From Hormiphora californensis (lineage: Eukaryota > Animalia > Ctenophora), in assembly GCA_020137815.1 (NCBI GenBank), contig CM035351.1:1550001-1614000 (forward strand): a stretch of DNA of 64,000 nucleotides. The letters are read 5' to 3'. The translations under genes and the position numbers were made by a program. Shown here one piece after another: positions 1 to 11,953 of the stretch; the first letter of the stretch is position 1, and every line of letters starts with the position of its first letter. The notes beneath the pieces are model-generated. The model saw nothing but the letters and a program-made list of their open reading frames with translations. It searched no databases and was not told the origin of the DNA.

Positions 1-489
1 CCTATATTTTCTCTCGTTCCCAGCTCATGTCTGACAGGAGATCTCATTCCCTCCCTCTCTCACTATCTTTCACTCTGTCTCTCTCACTTTCCCTCTCTTT
101 CACTCTCTCTGTCTGTCACACTCTCTCTTTTTCGACTCTCTCCCTCTCTTTATGTCTCTCTCTATCATTATTTTACCTGACACTCCAAGAAGAAAATGTA
201 CGTCAATCAATATATGATCGGAATGTAAGAGTCGTCCGAGAGGTTGCGTAGCATACCAACACCCTGCACCGCACTAAAAGGGCAGTAATTATAATAAAAA
301 GGAGTACAGATATAGGAAATGGGAAACATGATAATAGAGAAATATAAAATAGGAAATTAGTTGGGCACATAGAAACTTGGGAAGCTGGATCTGTCGAGAT
401 AGAGTGAGAACTGAGACACACACACACATACATTCATAATTGTGATATGCAATTATGTAATTAAAACATGGATCTATTTATCATGTACA

Positions 490-1040
490 TAAAGTCGAAT
501 TTTTTAATCAAGGGACAGGGGGCCGCACATTTACAAAAGTCGATTTGCGTGTGCTAAACGTTTTCGCTCATATCTCCTGTTCCTGATAAGATAAAGACTT
601 GATTTTGGTTGCGTTGAAAAGGTCTTAAAATCATCTTTCCAAAGCATCCAGATTCAAGTCTTAAAGTGAGAGAGAACACTAAAACTTTAGTGAAAACCGC
701 ATGTCTCTAGCATGTTTTTGAAAATCGAGCTAACACATGCGAGACGCACCATAATGGGCCCATTATGGGCGTACACTATGAATTTACGCCCATTATGGGC
801 CCATTATGGTGCGTCTCGCATGTGTTAGCTCGATTTTCAAAAACATGCTAGAGACATGCGGTTTTCACTAAAGTTTTAGTTAGCCATCAAGGAGTATCCA
901 GATAACTTTTTGTGAAAATCCCTGCTGTTCTCACTCACTTTAAGATTGCCAGGAACTTGATCTCGATTGTCACACGCAAATATAACGCCGCGCGACCTCT
1001 CCGAATGCGCGGCCCCCGTCGATTAAAAAATTCGACTTTA
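490..1040. mobile_element. MITE with TIR AAGTCGAATTTTTTAATC; second family copy at ~34901-35172 in opposite orientation
   Basis: Terminal inverted repeats TAAAGTCGAATTTTTTAATC / GATTAAAAAATTCGACTTTA; homologous element at 34.9-35.2 kb is absent from the duplicated site at ~5825 (TGGCATATCTG), consistent with TA duplication. Confidence 0.8.
665..939. mobile_element. Nested non-autonomous Kolobok-like DNA transposon (TTAA TSD, AG..CT termini) with internal ~95-bp-arm palindrome (678-880)
   Basis: TTAA at 661-664 and 940-943; termini AGTGAGAGAGAACA / TGTTCTCACTCACT; empty site CAAGTCTTAAGATTG visible in the sister MITE at ~35000. Confidence 0.65.
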
Positions 1041-2320
1041 TATGTCGTATGATGATTTGTGTTATTCACTTCAGAAAACTCAATACACACATTTTTTGAC
1101 ACCAAATTTGAACTTTTAGCATAATTTATTAAAGATGTCATTTCTCAACGACCAACGTCATGACCCCCTCCCCCCATGCCTCTATTGTTTCTCTATTTAA
1201 CTATATTCTCCCTCCCTCCTCTCTCCCTCCCTCTCTCTCTCATCGTTATATTACGTCACACAAATGCAATATCCGTGGTTGGTGGGCGGTGTGGGTGTGA
1301 CGCATATAATACACATGACAAAAGTGTTATGAAACATTCCAAAACAAGGAAACTTTTGAAAAGAAATCAACTATGATCATTTCCTGACAAATGTCAATGA
1401 TAGCGATCAACGTCATTATTACATGTTTCACCGCGCCCCCGCAGATGGAAAGGAGTGCTAGAACGAGTTTAAAATTATTTACATCACCCCAGTTATTTTC
1501 CTTGAGGCACCTGGCTACTCGACCCACTTTACACCAATATATTGCCCCGATCCAATCTATAACAATCACTGATCGTGTCAGTGGTGTCACACTGAAAACA
1601 CTAGGTGTGCAGTTAATCAGAAGTAGGGGGAGAGACAAGATGCAACAAGAGGGGTGGCAGTGCAGGGAGAAAAAGTGAGAGAGAAATCCGATCACAGGTG
1701 GGATCGCTCTCAGTAGAATTATAGGGACTATACAATACAATTATATACATTGAGCCCTTAACTCCATCTGTTATAAGGTAACACACACACACTTCCAAAC
1801 ACGCACACAATCTGTGCTGGCAAGGGCGATATGTTTTTAACATGTGGATTTGACTTGAAAATTCGACACGGGTGGTGTTAGGCTTGTTTTTAGTAAGACA
1901 CAAGTCAAGACCCGCCTTTACAAATAGTCACACACATTCAAACATTTTAACTACTTAACGACTTTTATAAGGATGGAGGGAGGTACTGAGAGAGGGAGAG
2001 AGAGAGGGGATAGAAAGATAGAGAGATAGATAGAGAGAGAGAGAGAGAGAGAGCGTAATAGATAGCGAGAAAGGAAGGACCATATGGAGAGTATATATCG
2101 TGCTTTAAAACAAGGACGTAAAGCCTAAAGGAGGAGCGAGAGAGACTAAGTGAGAGAGAATTGAATGTAGTTAGATTATATGAAAATTATATGAAGAATG
2201 ATAAAAAATGATCTTTTGTCTAACAGATCTTGACATTACGTATTCACACATTTAAGACTAAGTGCGTGTGTGACGTGTGTAGATGATAGACAGTAGACGA
2301 AGGGCACATATCATATAGTA

Positions 2321-2992
2321 CAGTCGGACCCCGATTTACCGGAACCCCGATTTACCGGGAGAATACATTTCTCCCGATCTAGGAAATTAGGTGTGCGGAC
2401 TCTAGTGCTACACTCTAAGTCTACAGAGGACTCTATATCTAAATTTAGATTTAGATAAAGAGTCCAAATAAGTCTAAACTCTAGGAGGACTCTATGTCTA
2501 AAAAGTCTACAAAGGGCGGACTCTATATCTAAAAAGTCTAAAAAAAGTGGACTCTATATCTACATAAATCTAAATTAGATATAGAGTCCGCCTTTCGCCG
2601 CGAACTCGAGATTTCGGCCGTTAGGCCGGAAACGAGAGTTTGCTCTACCCCTATACTAATTTAGAAGTGTTAGGGCCGTTATTTGGGTTCGAGGTTAGGG
2701 TTAGGGTTAGTGTTAGGGTTAGGTTTTGGGTTGGGTTAGGATTTTAGACATAGAGTCCGGGTTGGAGGATTTGGCGCCAAAATGTACTAGAGGACTCTAT
2801 ATCTAAAAATTCTACACAGGGCGGACTCTTTATCTAAAAAGTCTACACAGGGAGGACTCTTTATCTAAACTTTTTTCAAAATCTAACTGTAGATAAAGAG
2901 TCCGTTTTTAGATATAGAGTCCGCCTTGGATTTAGATAAAGAGTCCGTTAGCACTAGAGTCCGCCCACCCCCGGTAAATCGGGGTCCGACTG
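2321..2992. mobile_element. Tc1/pogo-type MITE (TA TSD) containing a nested MITE (2390-2969) with GGACTCTATATCTAAA subrepeats and a TTAGGG-like run
   Basis: TA|CAGTCGGACCCCGATTTACCGG ... CCGGTAAATCGGGGTCCGACTG|TA; inner TIR GGTG(T/G)GCGGACTCTAGTGCTA. Confidence 0.8.
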
Positions 2993-3329
2993 TATAATAT
3001 ACTGTATGTAAACGACAGATGATGATCCTTCTACATAATCGTGATATTATTATCATCATTATACACGATCCTTCTTTACACGATACACCCTCACTTTAGG
3101 ACACCATGTTTAGTATTACTACAGTGAGGATCGTAATAAGACACCCTGTTTAGTGCAATCAAAACAGTGAGATCTCAAGCTCTTTTGCTGTCCCCCAGAC
3201 TTGGATTTGAAGAGAGGGTAGAGACAGTGATCAGTGAGGAAAGTAAAAACTGCCCAATTTTTAGGGGGCTGCGAAAGTGGGAAATCAATTCCTTCTGCGT
3301 AATGTATTTTGTTCAAAAGGTGTAATTAC

Positions 3330-3466
3330 GGCAGATGTATGTAGCTAGTGACTCGTTCCCTGGTAGGCCGTCCAGCGAGTGGGATGACTCCGTCTGACAG
3401 CCTAGTAATTACCTGGACCTAGCGCATGGGAATAGGCGAGTGTACTAGCCACTACACCACCCTGCC
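3330..3466 (-). mobile_element. Possible tRNA-derived SINE head
   Basis: Minus strand begins GGCAGGGTGGTGTAGTGGCTAGTACACTCGCCT (tRNA-like 5' arm with A-box); B-box degenerate. Confidence 0.35.
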
Positions 3467-3677
3467 GACTAGTAATTAGTTAGTAATTAATAATTAGTAA
3501 ATACCTTGTAACGAAACATGACATCCTCAAGATCAATATAAATTACAGAGCAGTGGGATGTTGTGAAATGTCCTCTTTTCCCACACCTCCAAATGTAACC
3601 GTGTATCTGTGTGGGGGACGGTCCTGGAGAAAAAGCGGTTAGCACACAATGAGAGACACCTGGGTCAGCGGGGAGAG

Positions 3678-4130
<453 letters not shown>

Positions 4131-6607
4131 TTATGACAAGGGGGATTGAGAGATGTAATTTAGCAAATCCTGACAGGTGCAGGAAAATGATCAGCTACAC
4201 TGTGTCGTACAAGGGCAAACACTCCTACTATAACGGCCCCCATTAGATCACATAGTAACAGCGAGGGAGCTATAACACTGTAATATTTAATTACCTTCAA
4301 AGTTCGCCGGGTTAAGCTTTCCGCTGACAACTGAGAGAGAGAGAGAGATTGAGAGAATATAAGAGTAGGAAATTTCACAACCATTAAAATAAGTTTTTGC
4401 CATATTAGGAACAAAAAGTGCAAAGAGAAATACATGACCATTATTATATATCCATCATGATAAAAAGAAAAAAAATAAGGTGAGTGGTAGGGAACGAACA
4501 AACTTACTTCGAACGAACAAACTTACTTCGAACGAACAAACTTACTTAGCTTCGAACAAACTTACTTCGAACGCATAAATCTTGCATGTCAAGTGACCGT
4601 GACTACGATGGTTGGAACAACGTGTGACATCAGGATACACTAGGTCAATCAGAATACATTCCTTATAATGAAGATTTAGATTATTAGTTGATCTCGGCGG
4701 GCACCACATACAGTTAGCTGTAACACTAGTACAACTCTCTAACTCCCGCTGCTTCACGCAGACTCGGTGGCGTGCTGCCCACCAGCATTGGTGGCGAGCT
4801 ACCAAGTACTGCACCATTGCAGTAGCCCCCCCCCCCCCCCCCCCGGTAGGTGGATCACTTGTGTTGGTCATTGGCTCGTGTTTTACTATGCGTTTGAAGA
4901 TTAAAATAAACATTTCCTTTACAGTTATGGTCAGCATGTTTAGGAAATATGTTTAACTTGCTATGCACTCTTTTCCAACCATTGCTGAAATCTCATGTGT
5001 GCAGCAAAGGAAAACAACGCCGCTGGGGTAGTGATGTGTGTAGGTGATTGAATTGAGTATTTTACTGAACATTCGGGGACCCGTGCAAGCATCGTCTGGT
5101 CAATCATCTCAATTAATGATCCCCCGACACTCTGCACGCATGCAGTATGTTAATGCAGCCTATAATAATATACTGGCGGCAACTATTAATAATTGAAATG
5201 GCTAATAAATTCTAAGAAATCTTATTACATCATATGTACATAAATGCACCATTGCAAAAATATAGTTAAGAACATGATGCTCAAGCCCCGTCCTGATTAT
5301 AATCTGGGTGCCTTTAAGCCTGTTTTCAGATGTGTGCTACCAAAAAGAGTACCCTTGTACCGCGGATGAAGCAGGGACACATAACCACATGGCTAAGTTG
5401 AGTAAACAGTATCGGATAGATGTTCGATCGCACTTAGTAGTAGTGCGATTGATCATCACTAACCGATGACCCCAAAAATAGCCCTAATCAGACCCAAACA
5501 AGCAGCCCTAACGGCTAACGGCTAACGGCTAACCCGTCTGAACAATTTTCAGATTGAAAAGAAAAAGGAACACGACAAACGTGTGCCACCACCAACAGTC
5601 TATTAATGGTTAGCAGCGTGATGCATCCAGATCTTAACATTAGCCCTCGGGTGCTAACCCGGTAAAAAATCTGGCATATGCTGCAGGTTTTCAGATCCCC
5701 TGAGGAGGTTGGCATACGATGTAACTTGATGAAACTTGGTCCTTGGAAGTTGGAACGTGTTGCCAACTGATGAGGGTATGTCTCACGCAATTATACACGT
5801 GCCAAGTAAAAACTCAAAGTTGGCATATCTGTTATCTAAAACGAGCACACTGCGACCTAGGGGTCTCCCATGCATGCCAATTGCCAGATCAAGTCAAAAT
5901 TTTAAATTGGAAAATGCAGCTTGGATTTTAGTCTTTAGAATTGGCAAACGTTGCTGGGATAAGGGCGCGATTATAATCTGGGTGCCTTGCAGCCTGTTTA
6001 CAGGTGCGCGCTACCAAAAGAGTATACTTAGACCGACTTTTTTCAAACGGCTATAGCCATGGAACCACATGGCCGATTTGAGTAAACTAAACGGTATCAG
6101 TTAGAGAATCGATAGCCCTAACCGATAACCCCAAACCAAACCCTAACCAGACCCTAACGGATAGCCCTAACCCGTCGCGCGCGCCAAAACTACGAATTGT
6201 TAGCAATGAAAGGCACCCAGATTTTAACGTTTTCCCTGGGATAAGGCAGCGCTTTTCAAATTTTAGAAAAGTAAAATCTCTGAATTGAAATGTTATGAAA
6301 AATCTAAAATTTTACGAAAGAGCGATGCATTTGTCCAAAATTTACGTAACGCGCGGTATATTGTTGTCCATTTTGATGCGCGTGACACATATAATAATCA
6401 TGAATAGATAAGAATAAATTTTCGAAAAGTGTTCTTGGGAAAGTTTAAAATCTGAGTTTTTACTTTTTTGAGTGTCAGCAGACAGCAATCACGGTTTTAG
6501 TGTTAAAGTAGGGTTAGGGTTAGGGCTGGGTTTCGGACAAAACGCGGCAGACAATATATTATATTCGGTAGCGAATCTCTTTCACTCTTTACCGCACTGC
6601 TGGCATT

Positions 6608-6646
6608 TCAAACTTTTCAACACTACTTTAAACAAATTAATTTGAG
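6608..6646 (+). other. Ctenophore spliced-leader exon sequence (TCAAACTTTTCAACACTACTTTAAACAAATTAATTTGAG), not followed by GT
   Basis: Matches my recollection of Pleurobrachia-type SL; sits exactly at the 5' end of a TSD-flanked insertion. Confidence 0.8.
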
Positions 6647-6689
6647 CAACATGGCGATGTAACGGCCCCAAAGGGCAGAACGTAAGATA

Positions 6690-7652
6690 ATGGCAGACGA
6701 ACAACGAGAATTGGACTTTGCTGTAAGACGGATTCTGACGCTGGCCAAAAGTGGAGAGAGCTCTGTCGCTGGCAATGTCTTAAGAAAGTGCAGGAGCAGT
6801 CCAGATTTCAACGATGCTGAAATACCGTCATCAGTTAAAATCAGCTCTGTACACACGAAATATGAGCTACAACAACTGATTGAAGAAATGAGCTTCGCAA
6901 CCTTTATTGTTCTAAAACACTTTGAGCGTCATATCTTTGCCGAGAAATCCCCTGAGATGGTACTAAAAGAGGAGCGAGATGAACTCAAAGAGGAGCGAGA
7001 TGAACTGTTGAGAAAATCTGCCGAGTTGCAGGAGCAGGAGGAGAAGTTGAAAGTGGAGTGTGATGATCTTTTGAGAAGGACTGTCAAGTTACAAGAGCAG
7101 GTTATTGAGCTTCAGGGCGAGCAACTGCATCGAGTTACCGAGACGGTACAGAAAGATTTGCGTACTTTCTCTGCAGTCGTCACACAGAATTGTAAGACTG
7201 CGTTTGCATCGAAAAAGATCCAGAAAGCCGTGGAAAAGGTTACGCACAAGCCAGTAGATACCGGCCCAGACAGATCGAAAAATCTGATGGTGTTTGGTCT
7301 ACCGGAATGCGAGGGTGAAACTGAATCTGTGTTAAAGGGTGAAGTGGAAAATGTTTTTGCTGAGCTAGGCGAGAAACCGACCATAGAAGCTAGAAGGGTG
7401 GGTTTGAAACGGGGAGGAAGGGAGAGACCAGTGATTGTGAAGCTACAGAGTAGGGAAATGCTGCTGAGCCTTCTCCAGAAGGCAAAGCAGCTAAAACAGT
7501 TAGAATCGTACTGCGGTGTATATCTTGCAAGGGATATGTCCTTCGCAGAGAGAAGTGAGAGGAGAGAACTCCACCAAACGTTGAAGGAGTTGAGGGACTC
7601 GAATCCTGGAGGCCAATTCCGGGTACGGAGGGGGGTGATAGACTTTTCATAA
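6690..7652 (+). CDS. LINE ORF1-like protein (coiled coil + RRM-like/C-terminal domain), 320 aa, intact
   Basis: Heptad-rich E/K/L segment followed by RSKNLMVFGLPE ... RPVIVKL ... VYLARDMS..ER motifs typical of CR1/L2-type ORF1. Confidence 0.75.
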   Translation: MADEQRELDFAVRRILTLAKSGESSVAGNVLRKCRSSPDFNDAEIPSSVKISSVHTKYELQQLIEEMSFATFIVLKHFERHIFAEKSPEMVLKEERDELKEERDELLRKSAELQEQEEKLKVECDDLLRRTVKLQEQVIELQGEQLHRVTETVQKDLRTFSAVVTQNCKTAFASKKIQKAVEKVTHKPVDTGPDRSKNLMVFGLPECEGETESVLKGEVENVFAELGEKPTIEARRVGLKRGGRERPVIVKLQSREMLLSLLQKAKQLKQLESYCGVYLARDMSFAERSERRELHQTLKELRDSNPGGQFRVRRGVIDFS

Positions 7653-7923
7653 TAGGAATCTTCAATGAACTTTAATATCTATCGGTAACCCGTATTTGCC
7701 CACAAAAAAGGGGCTTATTTATACAATTAAATTGTGTAAATTATATAGATTTAATAATAATAATAATAAAAATGCTGGCATTAGCTGAGCCCTGAGTCTC
7801 TCAGTGAGGTGCCAGAAAGGACAAATGACACCGCGATATGTATTTCAATCAATCAATCAAAATGCTTAATCGGTGGGGCGTGGGCACCAGAGCACTCATA
7901 ACAGTGGTGACGATTTTACCATG

Positions 7924-8455
7924 TAGGATTTTATTATGCCTATAAGTTGTACCTGAAAACTTATAACACGAGACCGAAGGTCGAGTGTTATAAGTGCAAC
8001 AATAATGATCCGAGACCACAGGTCGAGGCAGATTCTTGTACTTTAGTGCACGAGCCTGCGAGTGCCACTAAGTGTAACTACCTCACGAGCCTGCGAGTGA
8101 TGTAGTTTTACTTTTTGACCGAGCCTGCGAGGTCTAAAAGTGTACGAATCTGGGACATTATTGTTGACGTCAGGTACAACGAAAATAGGCATAATAAAAT
8201 TGCATTGTAAAATTTTGAAAACAAGAGTGAGAGACACTTAGAGGGCGTAACAATAGAACGAATTCGTGATTTAAGGTAGCAGGCAGAGAATAGAGATATC
8301 AGTATAAGCATAAGATAACGCCTGAGATATATAATAGGTAAAGAGAGTGAGAGATTAGTGACAGTGAGAGAGATAAAGAATGTGTGGGACGTGGGTCCGG
8401 GAGTTCGTAACTGTTATCTTGATCTCGATGCTGCAACGGCGTGTGAGTGTGACAT

Positions 8456-8496
<41 letters not shown>

Positions 8497-8721
8497 GTAC
8501 ACCCTTATCTTTCTAAGTGTGACAGAAACAGTGGAGTGAGGAGTTCTAAGTGCAGCGGTGTTATAGCACTGGTTGTACAACTTATAACACTGCCCAGTGT
8601 TATAAGTGAAAACTTATAACACTGGGGGGTGTTATAAGTGAAAACTTATAACACTGGGCAGTGTTATAAGTTGTACAAGCAGTGATACCTAAAGATTTAC
8701 AGTATGTCCCAAAATTTTACA
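7924..8721. mobile_element. Non-autonomous insertion with ATG at both junctions, GC hairpins (CGAGACCGAAGGTCGAG) and an internal inverted copy of its joined ends; possibly Crypton/tyrosine-recombinase type
   Basis: Absent from paralogous site at 40121 (TTTTACC-ATG-CAACTTT); 8185-8217 is the reverse complement of right end + left end. Confidence 0.55.
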
Positions 8722-8743
8722 ATGCAACTTTTATCTGTTAGCC

Positions 8744-10898
8744 ATGCGATATAAACTAGCAACTGCTCTGGGTCTACTCTCTACAATTATATACTTTGAT
8801 GTGTGTTCAGACTACTACCACTCGATTGTCGAATACACAGATAAGGTTATCTGGCAACTCGGTCCAGAGGAAATCCTGATTCGAAATTACGACCGCCAAT
8901 TTTACTACCCGACTCCTGTTACTAAAAGTGTTTTCTTGGGATTTAACGGAAACATTGATGTTATATTAGAAGGTAAGATTTAGTAACATACTGCTCATCT
9001 CTAGTAGGCCGGATTAGCTTGTAATCCAGACTCTTGAAATTGTTACAATGTGGGAAAGAAACAAGGGGGATATTTTTGTTAGACTTACCAAGGATACGGT
9101 TTTTCAGGGCCCAAGTTTTTAAATGGTATTTCTTCTGAGGTACTGTCCGGTGAAGAGGATCTGCCCTCAATCAATTCGGTAAACCAGTTAAAGTCTACAT
9201 TCAACTACTTTTTCAAACGGCAAACGGCTGCAGAGAGATCTGTTGGATATCAGCCGGCATGGGAAGAAATTGTTCGACTGATAGAGGCTTTCCCAGAGAA
9301 GAGTTATTTTATTGGTGGTAATGCCGCCCTTATTGCTCGAACTATGAGTAAAAACGATGTTCAGGTATGTGGTTGGCCCAGTCTAAGGGCTTAAAAATGT
9401 ACGGTCCAGATTAGAGGGACGTATTTACATAATTCTATGCATATTACGATAAATGATACTAGGTTAAACTCTTCGTACCGTCTCCTCGATATACACGGCA
9501 CGACCATCGAACGGTTCAAATGATAGGAGAGGTTACCGGCCCGTGCCATCCAACATTCTCCTTTTTCAGATCAAGTTGGCCATTCCCTCGGGCCCAGAAC
9601 TTGTCTCACAGCTAGAAGAACACGGACTAACCGTAATGGAATCCTGCCTGAAAAGTAGGGACGAGTTTCACGTTATCCTAGAGGTGAACTTGAGTCCTAA
9701 CTCCAATAACTGTGTACTGTTGGTTTGTAATTGTTGTATATCAAATTCCCAGCTAATCCTTCTCTTTAACAGTATGGTGTTGGGTCTGTATACGAAGGGC
9801 ACACCAGTACCAGGGCGAACAGATTCATTTTCTCTCGGGATGTGGCTAACAGTGAAATGGATGCCATCAACTGCTTTACTAAAGGTACACTACTATACAG
9901 TCACTCACACACTGGTCTGTGAGGGTTCGGCAGACCAACACTACACAAGGCTGTACAAGCTGTTTATGTTGTTTAGATGGGACATCATTGAGGACAGGGT
10001 GTAACATTATCAAACTATCCAGGTGATTTGAGTGATGTAGATGTAGTGGTTATTGCAGGATTTCATATGTTGGAAAACCAGCCGGAATCAACAAAGCAAC
10101 AGGTAAACTACTATGTACTATGTAGTGATAGTTGAATGATGCTGTACTTATAAGTTAGTCACTAGTGTTGTTATTTACACTGCTCTGTATAATAACAGGT
10201 GTTAGGAAGTGTTCAAGAGAAGGTTCTGGAGCACCGTTTGGTGCACCTGGAGTTGGCCAGTATGACTAGAGCTGACTTCCTCTTAGAACTCTTCAATTCG
10301 CTTGCTGTCAGGTACAAAAAATTAATCACTACTCCCTGCCTCTTTCTATGCCTTTTTACAAGCTGTGTCCGTCGTCCTCGGTCCGGCGGGAGAGCTAATA
10401 AACGTGTAACATGTAGATATCTATCCCAGGGTCCACTCATTGGGGCTGAACGAGGCAGAGCTTGCTTTTCTCTCTGAGGTACTGGGTGGTCCACCTGTTA
10501 CAGAGTCTGTAGAAAGTGTGAAGGAGGCCCTGGTGTTCCTACTATCCAAAGCAACTGGAGGTCAACTATCCAGGATTCATTTTCACTGTCTTACATTCCA
10601 CGTTATAGTAGAGAAAACAGGTAATATGTGTTAGTGTTATTTGTCTTCTCACTCCCCTTCAATTTCTTTATTTCACTCTCTTTATCTCTCATCCTCTCTC
10701 CAGTGTCCCCTCTTTTTCTCTCGCCCTCTCTCCCTCTCTCCCCGTCATTCCTTGATCGTCAGGAAAATGGAAGAATGGTGCCACTGCTGTTGCTATTGGT
10801 ACACTAACAGCTGCAAAGTACGCATGTGACACCCCCAACCTGATACCAGATAACCACGAACTACGGTGGACAGGAGCTGGTTCTAAACCTGTCGTTAG
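8744..10898 (+). CDS. ADPGK: ADP-dependent glucokinase, copy 1 (8 exons; terminal GLGD exon not found, interrupted by Gypsy)
   Basis: N-terminal hydrophobic anchor, FLGFNGNIDVI, IGGNAALIA, HVILE, VHLELAS, SLGLNEAEL, RIHFHCL; GT-AG introns. Confidence 0.85.
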
Positions 10899-11623
10899 GT
10901 ATGTGGTGGGAGCTAGTTCTAAACCTGTCGTTAGGTAGGTGGTGGGAGCTGGTTCTAAACCTGTCGTTAGGTATGTGGTGGGAGCTGGTTCTAAACCTGT
11001 CGTTAGGTAGGTGGTGGGAGCTGGTTCTAAACCTGTCGTTAGGTATGTGTTGGGAGCTAGTTCTAAACCTGTCGTTAGGTAGGTGGTGGGAGCTGGTTCT
11101 AAACCTGTCGTTAGGTAGGTGGTGGGAGCTGGTTCTAAACCTGTCGTTAGGTAGGTGGTGGGAGCTGGTTCTAAACCTGTCGTTAGGTATGTGGTGGGAG
11201 CTGGTTCTAAACCTGTCGTTAGGTAGGTGGTGGGAGCTGGTTCTAAACCTGTCGTTAGGTAGGTGGTGGGAGCTAGTTCTAAACCTGTCGTTAGGTATGT
11301 GGTGGGAGCTGGTTCTAAACCTGTCGTTAGGTAGGTGGTGGGAGCTGGTTCTAAACCTGTCGTTAGGTAGGTGGTGGGAGCTGGTTCTAAACCTGTCGTT
11401 AGGTATGTGGTGGGAGCTGGTTCTAAACCTGTCGTTAGGTATGTGGTGGGAGCTGGTTCTAAACCTGTCGTTAGGTAGGTGGTGGGAGCTGGTTCTAAAC
11501 CTGTCGTTAGGTAGGTGGTGGGAGCTGGTTCTAAACCTGTCGTTAGGTATGTGGTGGGAGCTGGTTCTAAACCTGTCGTTAGGTATGTGGTGGGAGCTGG
11601 TTCTAAACCTGTCGTTAGGTATG
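10873..11623 (+). repeat. 36-bp tandem array (~21 units) = last 25 nt of ADPGK exon 8 + donor + 11 nt intron
   Basis: Unit GAGCT(G/A)GTTCTAAACCTGTCGTTAG|GTA(T/G)GTGGTGG. Confidence 0.95.
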
Positions 11624-11953
11624 GTGTAGTATCGGACGGAGGGCGCGAGATTTGGCAATCTCTGCTGCGCTGCAGCGCCGAGCACTGCAGCGCCGAGCGC
11701 TCCGTTCTGCTATTCCATCCTTTTTCCCAGGATCACGGTTTTAGATTCGGTCTTAGATTCAGTGAGTTTAGCAACAGTTCGGAAAAGGCAATCTAAAAAG
11801 AGTTACGTGTCCATTTATTTCTACATTTCATTCGGCCACGGAACCAAAGTCTTTTTATTCAGCAAAGGAGACGGCGAGGGAAAGAACCATTGGTATTCCC
11901 TCTTCGTCTCAGTTTCGGCTTTACTCTATCTGGTGGCTTCGGTCAAAGGTAGA

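Larger units (their letters stand above)
6608..7772 (+). mobile_element. SL-capped, ORF1-only non-autonomous retroelement (retrocopy of a trans-spliced mRNA), copy 1
   Basis: 10-bp TSD TGCTGGCATT (6598-6607, 7773-7782); (TAA)n-AAAA tail; empty site seen at ~39966 in paralogous locus; begins with SL-like 39-mer. Confidence 0.85.
5641..11623 (+). repeat. Segmental duplication (or uncollapsed haplotype) of ~34731-44460, ADPGK locus
   Basis: Colinear high identity in upstream region, all exons/introns and the 36-bp array; differ by independent insertions. Confidence 0.9.

Noticed and set aside
2690-2745. Telomere or interstitial telomere (TTAGGG-like; also 5480-5540, 6116-6172, 6508)
   Set aside because: Short degenerate runs internal to repeated elements
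6608-6660. SL RNA gene
   Set aside because: SL is followed by CAAC rather than a GT donor and Sm site; lies inside a TSD-flanked insertion
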